Shown piece by piece: positions 7,456 through 17,092 of a DNA stretch of 64,000 nucleotides. The stretch lies in NCBI GenBank assembly GCA_965116475.1, contig OZ220691.1, forward strand, positions 1,952,001 through 2,016,000, written 5' to 3'. The DNA is from Gemmatimonadota bacterium. GTDB taxonomy: Bacteria; Gemmatimonadota; Gemmatimonadetes; Palauibacterales; Palauibacteraceae. A program made the position numbers and the translations under genes. A model generated the notes under the pieces. It was not told where the DNA came from and made no database searches. It saw nothing but the letters and a program-made list of their open reading frames with translations. How positions within the stretch are numbered: position 1 is the first letter of the stretch; every line of letters starts with the position of its first letter.

Positions 7456-10400
7456 TCAGCTTTCGAGCAGGCGAATCCGGTCGGTGAAGACACGCTCGCC
7501 GGCCGGGCGCAGGCCCGCGTGGCGGCCTGATTCGAGGAGCGCTTCGACGAAGGTCTGTCCGTACCCGCGACTGAACGCGAGGAGGACGGCGTCGTCTTGC
7601 CAAGTGACGACTTGGCAGGGGACATGGAGGATCGGACCCTGCGTGAGGAAGGGCCGGACGCGCGCCGGATCGAAGAGGTCGAGACTCGTGACGCTCTCCA
7701 GCACTTCGCGAACGGACCCTCCCAGAAGGGCGAGCCAGCAGTGGGAGTCGGTCGTGTCCGTGAAGTGCGGACCGGCCGGCATGGCGGGAGGCGCGCCGGG
7801 GCCGACGTGCCAGATCGAGGCCTGGGTGCCGTTCATCCGATTGATCAGCAGACCGTCGCGGACCGCGACAGCTCCCGGTTGGCGCGGCACGTCGAGGCCG
7901 AACGGCCGCACGGTCCGAATGTCGCGGTGCTGGATGTCCCAGCGCGCGCGGTGGCTGAGGTCGATGAGGCAGGCCTGGCGCAGCGCGTCGGTGGGGGCGC
8001 GGTCGGTTTCGTAGTCGAGCACCACGTTCCAGCCGGCCCGGCGCTCGGTGCGGGCGGGCGCGGCGTCGAAGCGGACCGGAGACCGGCGATGGGCCGCGGG
8101 CGCCGGCTGCGGTGGTACCTCGCCGGCCCGGGGCGGGCGCCCTTCGGGGGCGGTCCGCAGGCGCGTCCCTTTCGGATCGTGGAAGTGGGGAGGCACCACG
8201 GTCGCCGTCGAACGGACGGTCCGCCGGCCCAGCGATTCGTACAGGTCGAGCGAACGGCCCCGCTCCGCCAGCCGGTCCTCGACGAGCGCGAGTCCGTACT
8301 GCCAGCCCAGCGTCTCGCTGTGCCGCGTCGTGCACACGAAGCCGGCGATCCGCTCCCCGTCCACGACGAGTGCCCCGTCCCCGGGCCGGCGGACGGCGGC
8401 AGGAGCGGTCCCGGCGCCCGGGTCGCCGGACGCGGGGTCGTCGACGCGGAGTCCGACGAGCTTCAGCCGCCCGGTCTGCCCCTCGCAGTGGCGCAGCGCC
8501 GCGGCGCCCACCTTGCCGGAGGCCGTGTCCTCGCGGTCCCACAGCCAGCCCATGCCGATGTCGAGGAGGGTGACGCGCTGCTCGGACTCCGTCCCGATGA
8601 TCACGTGTCCCTTCTCGGCCCGCAGACAGCTCTGCGCTTCGAGCCCGAACGGGCGGATGCCGTACTCCGCTCCGGCCTCCCACAGCAGGTCCCACACGTA
8701 CCGGGCGCTGCTCGCGCGCATGTGCAGTTCATAGGACAGCTCACCCACGAACCCCAGGCGCAGGCACCGCGCCGCCACGCCGTCGCCGACCTCGATCTCG
8801 CGGCAGCCGAGGTACGGGAACGCCTCGTCCGACAGGTCCGTGCCCGTGATTCTCCCGAGCACCCGCCGCGCGTTCGGGCCGGCCACGTTGATGGAGGCGA
8901 GCGCGTCGGTGAGGTTCACGAGGTTGTAGTCCCATCCGTCGTATCGGGTGTGGAAACGGAGCCACTCGACCGTGGTCCCCGCCCGGTTCGAACTCGTCGT
9001 GAAGTAGAACTCGTCCTCACCCGTCCGCACGACGACGCCGTCGTCGATGATGTTGCCCGTGTCGTTGCACATCGCCGAATACATGCAGCGGCCGGGCCGC
9101 GCGCGCGTCATGTCGGAGACGTAGACGCGCTGGAGCGCGCGCAGGGCGTCGGGTCCCCAGATCCGGAACTTGCCCAGCGGCGAACTGTCCAGGAGGCCGA
9201 CATTCTCGCGCACGTTGCGGATCTCCTCCCGACACTCCCGGTCCGCGCTGAAGTAGCGCGCCCTCAGCCAGGGCCCCGCCCGCCGGAACACGGCGCCCCG
9301 CGCGGCCTGGTCGTCGTGGAGCGGAGTGCGCTTGTGGACGTCGTGGTTCGGGCCCGCGAGCGTCGAGAGGGAAGGGGGGATGACCGGTGGCCGCACCGTG
9401 GTGGCGGCGAAGCTGCCCAGCGGCCGATCCGCGATTTCGGCCATCGCCATGGCGAGGTTCTGACCCGGCACGCGGTACTGGCCGGGGCCGAGGCCGAAGT
9501 TCCCGAAGCGCTTCGCGAGTTCGGGCACGTCGAGGCCGTAGGCGGTGCACTGGGCCGCGTTCTTCCACGTGCCGTCTTCGTCAAAATCGAGGAACGCCTT
9601 GCGGCCGGGGGCGAGACGCCGTCCTGCGGCGGGTCCGCGGACGATCGAGGAGCCCCGGGCGGGCCCCGGCAGGTCGGCCAGGCGCGCGCGCTCCCGGGTC
9701 AGCGCGTCCCCGACGCTCGCGCCGCACTCCGCGGCGGCCTCTAGCCCCGCGATCCGCCCGGAACAGGCGAGCGCCTCGAGGTCGGTGAGCCGCAGGACGC
9801 CGCCCGCGGCGAACACGTCGGGTGGGAGGCGCTCGAGCTCGAAGGTCCGGGTGCGCTCGCCGTGGCGGAACCGCGCGCCGGCACACGAGAGGACGCCGAT
9901 GTCCGGCTGCCGCCCCGCGCTCGCCACCAGCAGGTCGCACGCCACGCGCAGCGCGTCGCCCGCCGCACCGCCCACCGCACCGCTCCCCGCGCCGCCCGCC
10001 GCCCGGGCCGCCAACTCGATTGCCCGCACGCGCCCCCGCCCGCGCACGCGGGACGCGGCCCAGCCCGGCCGGAAGTCGATGCCCGCGCCCGCCAGGGCGT
10101 CCACCAGCTCCGGGTCGTGCCCGTCGCGCCGCGCGTCGGCGACGACGCGTACGTCCACGCCGAGCGCGGCCAGATCCGCCGCCGCCTCGAGCCCGAGGTC
10201 GTCGCCCACGCTGAAGGCGGCGGCCGCGCCCGGCCGGACGCCGTACGTTCGCGCGAGCCGGATCGCCGTGTCGGCCTGCATCGCGCCCGGCCGGTCGTTG
10301 TGCTCGAACACGAGCGGCCGCTCGATCGAGCCGGTCGCGACCACGATCGTCCGCGCGCGGCACTCCCAGTGCACTTCCCCCCGTCCCCCTTCGGACGGCG

Positions 10401-11196
10401 CGTCCGGTCCCGGAAGCTGAAAGCCCGTGAGGAGGTTCTCCCCCCAGATCCCCGTCACCGGCGCGTGCCGGAACACGCGCATGGATTCCATGCGTTCGAG
10501 CCGGTCGGCGAGCGCGGACGCCTCCCCGGCGAGCGCACGACCGTCCCGCACCCGCCAGTCGAGGTGCCCACCCAGCCACGGCCGGCGCTCGAACAGGCAT
10601 ACGCGGAGGCCGAGCCGCCCCGCCTCGAGCGCCGCGGACAGCCCGGCCGGACCGCCGCCGACCACCGCCACGTCCGCGTGCAGGTAGCGCTCCGCCCGTC
10701 CCCCCGTGTATGCCCGTTCCCCCGCGCCCGTCCGCTCCGCCGCGTCGGGCCGTAGCACCCCCAGGCCGGCCAGCCCGCGCATCCGCTCCTGGAAGAACCG
10801 GGCGGCCCACGCGGGGCGGTGGAACAGCCGGTAGTAGAACCCCGCCGGCATGAACCGGTCGAGCCGGTCCAGGAAACCGAGGGCGTCAAAGCGCGGATCC
10901 CCGCGCACGTTCTGGGCGCCGACCTCCATCCCCTCGCGCAGCGGCGTCGTCCCCGCGGACTGGTTCGGCACGCCGTCGACCGAGACGAGCTGGCTCGACC
11001 CTTCGCCCTCCAGATCGTACAGCCCCCGGGGCCGGTGATACTCGAAGCTCCGGCCGAAGGTGCGGACCCCCGCCCCCCAGAGCGCCGAGGCGACCGTATC
11101 TCCCTCGAACCCCTCCAGCGCGCGCCCGCACCAGCGGAAACCGAGCGGCCGCGAGCGGTCGATCCGCTCCGTCGACGACGGCGGCAGCCGACTCAC
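7456..11196 (-). CDS. soxA: Sarcosine oxidase-like alpha subunit fused to a C-terminal gamma-subunit-like domain
   Basis: GDTVASAL...RSFEYHRPRG N-terminus; VVGGGPAGL; TVRPP; GcvT-like DDGVV, RLGFVGELSYEL and RAEKGH motifs; then about 210 aa SoxG-like (LIDLSHRARWD...SRGYGQ). GTG 11196 overlaps the soxD stop. Confidence 0.9.
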   Translation of the reverse strand: MSRLPPSSTERIDRSRPLGFRWCGRALEGFEGDTVASALWGAGVRTFGRSFEYHRPRGLYDLEGEGSSQLVSVDGVPNQSAGTTPLREGMEVGAQNVRGDPRFDALGFLDRLDRFMPAGFYYRLFHRPAWAARFFQERMRGLAGLGVLRPDAAERTGAGERAYTGGRAERYLHADVAVVGGGPAGLSAALEAGRLGLRVCLFERRPWLGGHLDWRVRDGRALAGEASALADRLERMESMRVFRHAPVTGIWGENLLTGFQLPGPDAPSEGGRGEVHWECRARTIVVATGSIERPLVFEHNDRPGAMQADTAIRLARTYGVRPGAAAAFSVGDDLGLEAAADLAALGVDVRVVADARRDGHDPELVDALAGAGIDFRPGWAASRVRGRGRVRAIELAARAAGGAGSGAVGGAAGDALRVACDLLVASAGRQPDIGVLSCAGARFRHGERTRTFELERLPPDVFAAGGVLRLTDLEALACSGRIAGLEAAAECGASVGDALTRERARLADLPGPARGSSIVRGPAAGRRLAPGRKAFLDFDEDGTWKNAAQCTAYGLDVPELAKRFGNFGLGPGQYRVPGQNLAMAMAEIADRPLGSFAATTVRPPVIPPSLSTLAGPNHDVHKRTPLHDDQAARGAVFRRAGPWLRARYFSADRECREEIRNVRENVGLLDSSPLGKFRIWGPDALRALQRVYVSDMTRARPGRCMYSAMCNDTGNIIDDGVVVRTGEDEFYFTTSSNRAGTTVEWLRFHTRYDGWDYNLVNLTDALASINVAGPNARRVLGRITGTDLSDEAFPYLGCREIEVGDGVAARCLRLGFVGELSYELHMRASSARYVWDLLWEAGAEYGIRPFGLEAQSCLRAEKGHVIIGTESEQRVTLLDIGMGWLWDREDTASGKVGAAALRHCEGQTGRLKLVGLRVDDPASGDPGAGTAPAAVRRPGDGALVVDGERIAGFVCTTRHSETLGWQYGLALVEDRLAERGRSLDLYESLGRRTVRSTATVVPPHFHDPKGTRLRTAPEGRPPRAGEVPPQPAPAAHRRSPVRFDAAPARTERRAGWNVVLDYETDRAPTDALRQACLIDLSHRARWDIQHRDIRTVRPFGLDVPRQPGAVAVRDGLLINRMNGTQASIWHVGPGAPPAMPAGPHFTDTTDSHCWLALLGGSVREVLESVTSLDLFDPARVRPFLTQGPILHVPCQVVTWQDDAVLLAFSRGYGQTFVEALLESGRHAGLRPAGERVFTDRIRLLES

Positions 11197-11495
11197 GACG
11201 AGTCTCCCCCGCGCGCCTCGCCGCCGCCGGGCCGGGTCTCCCGGTTCGTGGCTGGGTCGCGCCACGTCGAGAACCAGACGCCGCAGCCCGCCCCGTGGTG
11301 CCACCACTCCTCACGCGGCTCCGGACGGTTCATGCGAAACTGCGCCCAGCGGAAGTGCGCCTCCGCGGCGGCCCCGCGATCCGCGCCCTCCGCGGCATCT
11401 CCCTCGGCCGGTCTCGGCCCCCGCTCGGGTCCTCCGTACGTGAACTCGTACACGTCGCGCTTCCCGCACACCGGGCACGTCAACCGGAACGTCAC
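11193..11495 (-). CDS. soxD: Sarcosine oxidase delta subunit
   Basis: CPVCGKRDVYEFTYGG and EEWWHHGAGCGVWFSTWRD Zn-ligand motifs. Confidence 0.93.
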   Translation of the reverse strand: MTFRLTCPVCGKRDVYEFTYGGPERGPRPAEGDAAEGADRGAAAEAHFRWAQFRMNRPEPREEWWHHGAGCGVWFSTWRDPATNRETRPGGGEARGGDSS

Positions 11496-11514
11496 GGCAC
11501 CATCAGTCCCACTA

Positions 11515-12765
11515 TCAATCCCACTGTCCGTACTTCATGGTCGCGGCCGTTTCTCCCATGTAGCGGTTCTCCAGGAAACGGCGCAGCGCGAACGGCTTCA
11601 GGATCTCCGGCGCCTCCTCGCGCGCCATGAACTCGGCCATGTACTTGCCGGCCACCGGCCCGGACTTGAACCCGAAGTATCCCCAGCCCACGTCCACGTA
11701 GAGCCCCTCGTGGGCGAAGTTGCCGTCGAGGATCGGCGCCATGTCCGGCGTCATGTCCGCCAGCCCCGCCCAGACCCTCAGGAACCGCACGCCCTTCAGG
11801 CACGGCATGAAGTCCGTCAGCGCCTCCGCCTGGTGCTTGAAGTAGCCCGCGGTCACGTCCGTCGTGTAGTTCACCTGCGGGTCCATGTGCGCGCCCGTCG
11901 CGATCTCCCCCTTCAGCGTCTGGTTCGCATAGACGTGGTAGGCCCCGGAACTCACGACATGGTGCAGGAACGGCTTCAGCGGCTGCGTGACCATCGCCTG
12001 GATCGTGAGCGGGTTCACCGGCAGTTCGATGTCGAGCATGGCCGCGATCGCGGGCCCGTATCCCCCGGCCATGATCCCGAGCTTCCGGCACCCGATCGGC
12101 CCCGCGCTCGTCCGCACGCCCGTCACGCGCCCGCCCTCGGTATCGATCCCCTGCACCTCGACGCCCTGGTGGATCGCGGCCCCGTGCAGGCTGGCGCCCC
12201 GGGCCAGTCCCCACACCACCGCGTCGTGCCGCACCACGCCCCCGGGCGGGTGGTACATGCCGGCCTGGATCGGATGCGCAGGCCGGTCCGACACGTCCAG
12301 CGCCGGCACCAGTTCCTTGCACTGCCGCGGGTCGAGCAGTTCCGAGCGCACGCCGCAGAAGTTCGCCGTGTTGATGGAGAGCCGGAACGCGGCCACCGCC
12401 GCCTCGCTGTGCGCGAGGTTGAGGTTGCCGCAGTTATGGAACATGAGATTGAAGTCGAGTTCGTCCGTGAGGACGGGCCACAGCTTCAGGCCCTCGTCAT
12501 AGAGCGGGACGTTCGCCTGCGTGCGCTGGTTCGCGCGCACGATCGCCGTGTTCCGCCCGGACCCGCCGAACCCGATGTACTGGCCCTCGAGAACGGCGAT
12601 GTCCCGGACGCCGTGGTCCCTCGCCAGGTAGTAGGCCGTCGCGAGCCCGTGGATGCCGCCCCCGATGATCACCACGTCGTAGTGGCGGCGGAGCGGCCTC
12701 TCCTCCCACAGGCGGCCCGGCCGGAAGACCCCCGCCCCGAGTGCGGACTTCAGGCGCCGCATCAC
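11515..12765 (-). CDS. soxB: Sarcosine oxidase-like beta subunit (FAD-dependent)
   Basis: YDVVIIGGGIHGLATAYYLA, GGSGRNTAIVR, GWGYFGFK motifs; operon position. Confidence 0.93.
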   Translation of the reverse strand: MMRRLKSALGAGVFRPGRLWEERPLRRHYDVVIIGGGIHGLATAYYLARDHGVRDIAVLEGQYIGFGGSGRNTAIVRANQRTQANVPLYDEGLKLWPVLTDELDFNLMFHNCGNLNLAHSEAAVAAFRLSINTANFCGVRSELLDPRQCKELVPALDVSDRPAHPIQAGMYHPPGGVVRHDAVVWGLARGASLHGAAIHQGVEVQGIDTEGGRVTGVRTSAGPIGCRKLGIMAGGYGPAIAAMLDIELPVNPLTIQAMVTQPLKPFLHHVVSSGAYHVYANQTLKGEIATGAHMDPQVNYTTDVTAGYFKHQAEALTDFMPCLKGVRFLRVWAGLADMTPDMAPILDGNFAHEGLYVDVGWGYFGFKSGPVAGKYMAEFMAREEAPEILKPFALRRFLENRYMGETAATMKYGQWD

Positions 12766-12774
12766 GCCTGAGGG

Positions 12775-14094
12775 TCAGCCGATGACCGAGTAGGACGAAT
12801 CCGGATTCATCGTCCGCAGCCGGCTGAAGAACCCGAGGTTACAGTCCCGCCTCGTATACTTCATATGGAACTGGACCGGATCCGCGTCGTGGTCGCGCCC
12901 GTCCTCGACCTGCTCGATGAGTTCCGCCATGAGCTGGCCCGCGACCGGCGCGTTCTTGAACTGGTTCCCGGAGGTTCCCACCGCCATGTAGAAGCCGGGC
13001 AGGTCCGACTTGTCATAGATCGGGATCCAGTCGTCCGACACGTCGTAGAGGTCGACGAGTCCCTGCCGCGCCTCCGGCACCGGGAGTCCCTGCACCCGCT
13101 GCGCCTCGCGCAGGACCTGCGTCCTCCATTGATAACTGAAGGTATTGTCATAGTCGTCCGGATCTTCCACCCACTCCAGGTCGTCGCATGGCGGATCCTC
13201 CGAACCGATCAGAATGTGATTGCCGACTTCCGGCCGCGAATAACACCCGATATCGCTGTCGGAAATCAGCATCCCGACCACGTTATAGTCGACGCCCTCC
13301 GGCGCGGGCACGTGGCACACCTCCTGCTTCAGCGCGCGCGTCCTGATGTTCATCCCCTCCTCGACCCCCGCCATGCGGTTGATGACGAAGGAATGGGGAC
13401 CGCCCACGTTGACCACGACGGGCGCCCGCACCTCGGACCCGTCCTTCAGGCGGACGCCCGCGACCCTGCCGCTCTCCCGCAGGATCTCCGTCACCTCCGT
13501 GTTGAAGCGGAACTCGCCCCCGTGCGCCTCGCACCCGAGCTGCACGTTGTGGCAGCAGAGCTGCGGGTCGTTGATGTACCCGGACTCCGGGATGTAGAGG
13601 GCCCCGGCCACGTTTCCGCCGGAGGGCCGCCCGAACCCCGGATCCTCCTCCGTCACGGGAGGGCCGAACCGCCGCGTGTCGAGGAAGGAGAGCTTCTCCT
13701 TCATCCCCTCCGCGTCCAGGTCCTCGTAGGCGACGTGGAGTTCGTCGAGACTGGCCTTCACCTTCTCCAGGTAGTGATTCTTCTCCGTCTTCGTGACGAG
13801 GCAGCCGGTGTTGACGTAGCGCGCCAGCCCGGAGGGGTCCGGCACGCCGACGTACTTCCCCCAGTCGAGCCAGTAGAAGTAGGACTCGCGCGCCATGGCC
13901 ACGCCGTCGGGCGTCGAGTAGTGGAGACGGATGATGGCGCAGGTGTTCGAGGTCGACCCGTACCCGGCGGCGGGCAGCTTGTCGACGTTGAGGGTCCGGA
14001 ACCCGCGCCTGGCCAGCTCGAGTCCGGTGCAGACGCCGATGACGCCGGCGCCGATGACGATCGCGTCGTAGTCCCTGGACATCGCTTCACTCAC
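12775..14094 (-). CDS. FAD-dependent oxidoreductase (DAO/monomeric sarcosine oxidase-like)
   Basis: DAIVIGAGVIG dinucleotide fold; YDVSDDWIPIYD; GTSGNQFKNAP. Confidence 0.9.
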   Translation of the reverse strand: MSEAMSRDYDAIVIGAGVIGVCTGLELARRGFRTLNVDKLPAAGYGSTSNTCAIIRLHYSTPDGVAMARESYFYWLDWGKYVGVPDPSGLARYVNTGCLVTKTEKNHYLEKVKASLDELHVAYEDLDAEGMKEKLSFLDTRRFGPPVTEEDPGFGRPSGGNVAGALYIPESGYINDPQLCCHNVQLGCEAHGGEFRFNTEVTEILRESGRVAGVRLKDGSEVRAPVVVNVGGPHSFVINRMAGVEEGMNIRTRALKQEVCHVPAPEGVDYNVVGMLISDSDIGCYSRPEVGNHILIGSEDPPCDDLEWVEDPDDYDNTFSYQWRTQVLREAQRVQGLPVPEARQGLVDLYDVSDDWIPIYDKSDLPGFYMAVGTSGNQFKNAPVAGQLMAELIEQVEDGRDHDADPVQFHMKYTRRDCNLGFFSRLRTMNPDSSYSVIG

Positions 14095-14114
14095 CTTCGC
14101 TCAGCCGCCCTCGC

Positions 14115-15563
14115 TCAGCCGCCGATGCGCTCGTACACCGCGTGCGAGACGCGCTCGTTCCCGTCCGCGTCCGTGCTCCGGTACTCGTTGTCGATCCGGT
14201 TTCCGTCCTCGGACAGGACGTTGATGATGACCTGCGTGACGCGGCCGTCCCGCCGGCTCGTGATCCGGTTCGTGTAGCGGTCGACGACCTCCACCGCCGT
14301 CTCGACCCCGTCCCGTCCGGTCACGGGCCGGAACTCGCCATCGAACATCGTGTCGTAGCTCCACTTCGACTCGCCGCCGCGGGCGTTCGTCGACTCGACG
14401 GTGATCTTCATCCCGCCGTCGCCCCACGGTTCGTACGTCATGACGTTGAGGGCCGGGGCCGGCGCGTCGGAGCGCAGCTTCCACACGCCGTAACGGGGAT
14501 TGGCGCGGCCGGCGGCCGGATCCGCCGGGGTCCCGGGGTTGAACAGGAAGTAGTCGTAGATGGCGCGTGAGATCTGGGCGATCGTCGCCTCGCGCGCCGG
14601 GACCGGCCGCTCCGAGTCCTTCACGAACACCACCGTGATCACGTGCCCGGCGCCGTCCGGAAGGTAGATGTAGCCGACGTCGTTGGTGGTCCCGCCGATC
14701 GTCCCCGTTTTGTGCCCGACCGGGGTGCCGGGGGGCAGCACGCCCTTGATGCGGCCGGCGCCCGTCTGGACGCGCAGCATGACGTCCTTGAAGACCTCCG
14801 TGTTCTTCGAGCCCAGCGCCTCGCCCGCCCAGGTCATGGCGAGCAGGTGCGCCATCGCGCGGGGCGTCGACGTGTCGCGCGGATCGGTCGAGAAGGCCTC
14901 GCGCGCCGCCCCGCGCTCGGCTGCCGGCACCTCGGCGGCCCGTTCCCTGAACTCCGCCATGGAGATGCGGCCGTCCGCAGGCGTCTCGACGCCGGAATAG
15001 TCCCCGATCAGCGACGAGGTCGGCCGATCCACGCTCAGGCCGTCGACCCGGAGTTCCGCCATGCGCGCGTTCACCGCGTCGGGTCCGCCGGCCGCGGTGA
15101 GGGTGAGATCCGTCGCGCTGTTGTCGGAGATGAGAAGCATCAGTTCCATCAGATTCCGGAGGGAGAGGGCCACCCCGGGGTCGTCGAACAGGTTCGAGAT
15201 CGTGCCGCTGCCGGGATGGATGTCCGCGGGTTCGAGTTCGACCATGTCCGCCAGCGAGATCTCGCCGCGGTCGACCCGGGACAGGAGTTGCACCGCGATC
15301 GGAACCTTGTAGGTCGAGGCCATGGGGAAGCGCTCGTCCTCGTTGAACCACACCGCGCGCCCGGTCTCGATGTGAACCGCTCCGACGCCCACCGTGCCGC
15401 CGCTGCTCGGCGCCATGCGCTCGATCTCCGCCAGGAGACGGCCGAGGCCGGCGTCCCCCGCGGGCGTGACGGACTGCGCCGCGACAGGAACGGCGGTCCA
15501 CGGCCCGACCGCCAGGGCCGCGACGGCCAGGGTTGCGAAGTAACGACGTGTCCGGACGCGCAT
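14115..15563 (-). CDS. Class A beta-lactamase-like serine hydrolase with a C-terminal beta-rich (lipocalin-like) domain
   Basis: Signal peptide; ERFPMASTYK (SxxK), SDN, RDTSTP, HKTGT; about 130 extra C-terminal residues. Confidence 0.88.
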   Translation of the reverse strand: MRVRTRRYFATLAVAALAVGPWTAVPVAAQSVTPAGDAGLGRLLAEIERMAPSSGGTVGVGAVHIETGRAVWFNEDERFPMASTYKVPIAVQLLSRVDRGEISLADMVELEPADIHPGSGTISNLFDDPGVALSLRNLMELMLLISDNSATDLTLTAAGGPDAVNARMAELRVDGLSVDRPTSSLIGDYSGVETPADGRISMAEFRERAAEVPAAERGAAREAFSTDPRDTSTPRAMAHLLAMTWAGEALGSKNTEVFKDVMLRVQTGAGRIKGVLPPGTPVGHKTGTIGGTTNDVGYIYLPDGAGHVITVVFVKDSERPVPAREATIAQISRAIYDYFLFNPGTPADPAAGRANPRYGVWKLRSDAPAPALNVMTYEPWGDGGMKITVESTNARGGESKWSYDTMFDGEFRPVTGRDGVETAVEVVDRYTNRITSRRDGRVTQVIINVLSEDGNRIDNEYRSTDADGNERVSHAVYERIGG

Positions 15564-15715
15564 CGATCATACTCCGTGGGTTCGTTTGAGCTGGGTCCCG
15601 CTCCAGCCGGTACGGTAGCCGTTGCGGAACGCGCGGACGAGACCACCGGGGCCGGGTCGCCCCGAGTGTCGGGTCGGTGGCATACTCCGCGATCCACGCA
15701 GGTGGGAGGGAGACG

Positions 15716-17089
15716 ATGCAGGGCAATCGGAACGAGGCTACCGCGAGACGTTCCCGCGGGAACGCGCCGCAGGATGCTGGGAGCTCGCCGCAGGATGCCG
15801 GGAGCGCAGAGCCGGCCGCGAACGGCGGCGCGCTGACGCCGGTCGAGCGCCGCGCCGTGGAGGCGGTGGACGCGGAACGGCTCTTCGCGGTGCTGGCCGA
15901 CCTCATCGCGATCGAGAGCGTCGCGAACCGCGAGACGCCGGCCCAGGAGCGGGTGGCGGAGGAGATGCGCGCCATCGGTCTCGAGACGGACGTGTGGGAG
16001 ATCGACTTCGAGCGGCTGCGCCGGCACCCTGCCTACACGGCCGACGTGGAGCGTCGCGAAGGACTCGGCGTGGTCGGGACCGTGGGACGCGGCAACGACC
16101 GCACGCTGATCGTCAACGGCCACGTCGATGTCGTCCCCGCCGGCGAGCTCGAGCGCTGGGCGCACCCGCCCTTCGAACTCACGGAGCGCGGCGGGCGTCT
16201 GTTCGGGCGCGGGGTCGTGGACATGAAGGGGCAGTTGTGCGGCGCGCTGGCGGCGGCGCGGGCGCTGCGCGACGCGGGCATCGAGCTGGACGGCGTGCTG
16301 CAGATCCAGAGCGTGATCGGCGAGGAGGACGGCGGCTCGGGGACGCTGGCCACGATCGAGCGCGGGCACACGGGTGACGGGGCGATCGTCGTCGAGCCGA
16401 CGGAGTTCGTCATCGCGCCCGCGCAGGCCGGCGCGCTCAGCTTCCGGCTCACCGTCCCCGGCCTCGCGGCGCACGGGGCGCTGCGCGAGGAGGGCGTGGA
16501 TCCGGTCGAGAAGTTCATCCCCATCTTCCAGCGGCTCCGGGCCCTCGAGGCGGACCGGAACCGCGACGTGGCCGACCCGCTGTTCCACGGCGAGGCGCTG
16601 CCGTACGCCCTGACCATGGGACGGCTCCGGGCGGGCATCTGGCCCTCGACCGTGGCCGAGAACCTCGTCGTCGAGGGACGCTACGGCGTGGCGCCCGGGG
16701 AGGACCTCGCCGGGGCGCGCCGCGCGCTCGAGGACGCCGTGGCCGAGGCCGCGTCCGGTGACGCCTGGCTGAGCGACCACTCGCCCACCGTCGAGTGGGT
16801 CGGGGCGCAGTTCGCCCCCGCCCGCACGGACGAGCGCACCCCCGTGGTCGGCACGCTGGCCGGCGCCGCGCGGTCGCTCGGCGGCACGGAACCCCGCGTC
16901 GGGGGCGTGCGCTACGGCGCGGACATGCGGCTCCTCGTCAACCACGGCCACGTGCCCACGGTGCTCTTCGGCCCCGGCGACGTCCGCGAGGCCCACCGCC
17001 CCGACGAGAGCATCCGCGCCCGGGAGCTGGTCGAACTGGCCCGCATCCTCGCCGTCACCGCCGTCCGCTTCTGCAGAATCCGTCCTTGA
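15716..17089 (+). CDS. ArgE/DapE-family M20 deacylase
   Basis: NGHVDVVP, GRGVVDMKG, GEEDG, FGPG..AHRPDE motifs; SD GGAGG before ATG 15716. Confidence 0.93.
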   Translation: MQGNRNEATARRSRGNAPQDAGSSPQDAGSAEPAANGGALTPVERRAVEAVDAERLFAVLADLIAIESVANRETPAQERVAEEMRAIGLETDVWEIDFERLRRHPAYTADVERREGLGVVGTVGRGNDRTLIVNGHVDVVPAGELERWAHPPFELTERGGRLFGRGVVDMKGQLCGALAAARALRDAGIELDGVLQIQSVIGEEDGGSGTLATIERGHTGDGAIVVEPTEFVIAPAQAGALSFRLTVPGLAAHGALREEGVDPVEKFIPIFQRLRALEADRNRDVADPLFHGEALPYALTMGRLRAGIWPSTVAENLVVEGRYGVAPGEDLAGARRALEDAVAEAASGDAWLSDHSPTVEWVGAQFAPARTDERTPVVGTLAGAARSLGGTEPRVGGVRYGADMRLLVNHGHVPTVLFGPGDVREAHRPDESIRARELVELARILAVTAVRFCRIRP

Positions 17090-17092
17090 GCG

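Noticed and set aside
14115..15563. Calling this a functional antibiotic-resistance gene (bla)
   Set aside because: The Glu166 equivalent appears absent; activity cannot be assumed.
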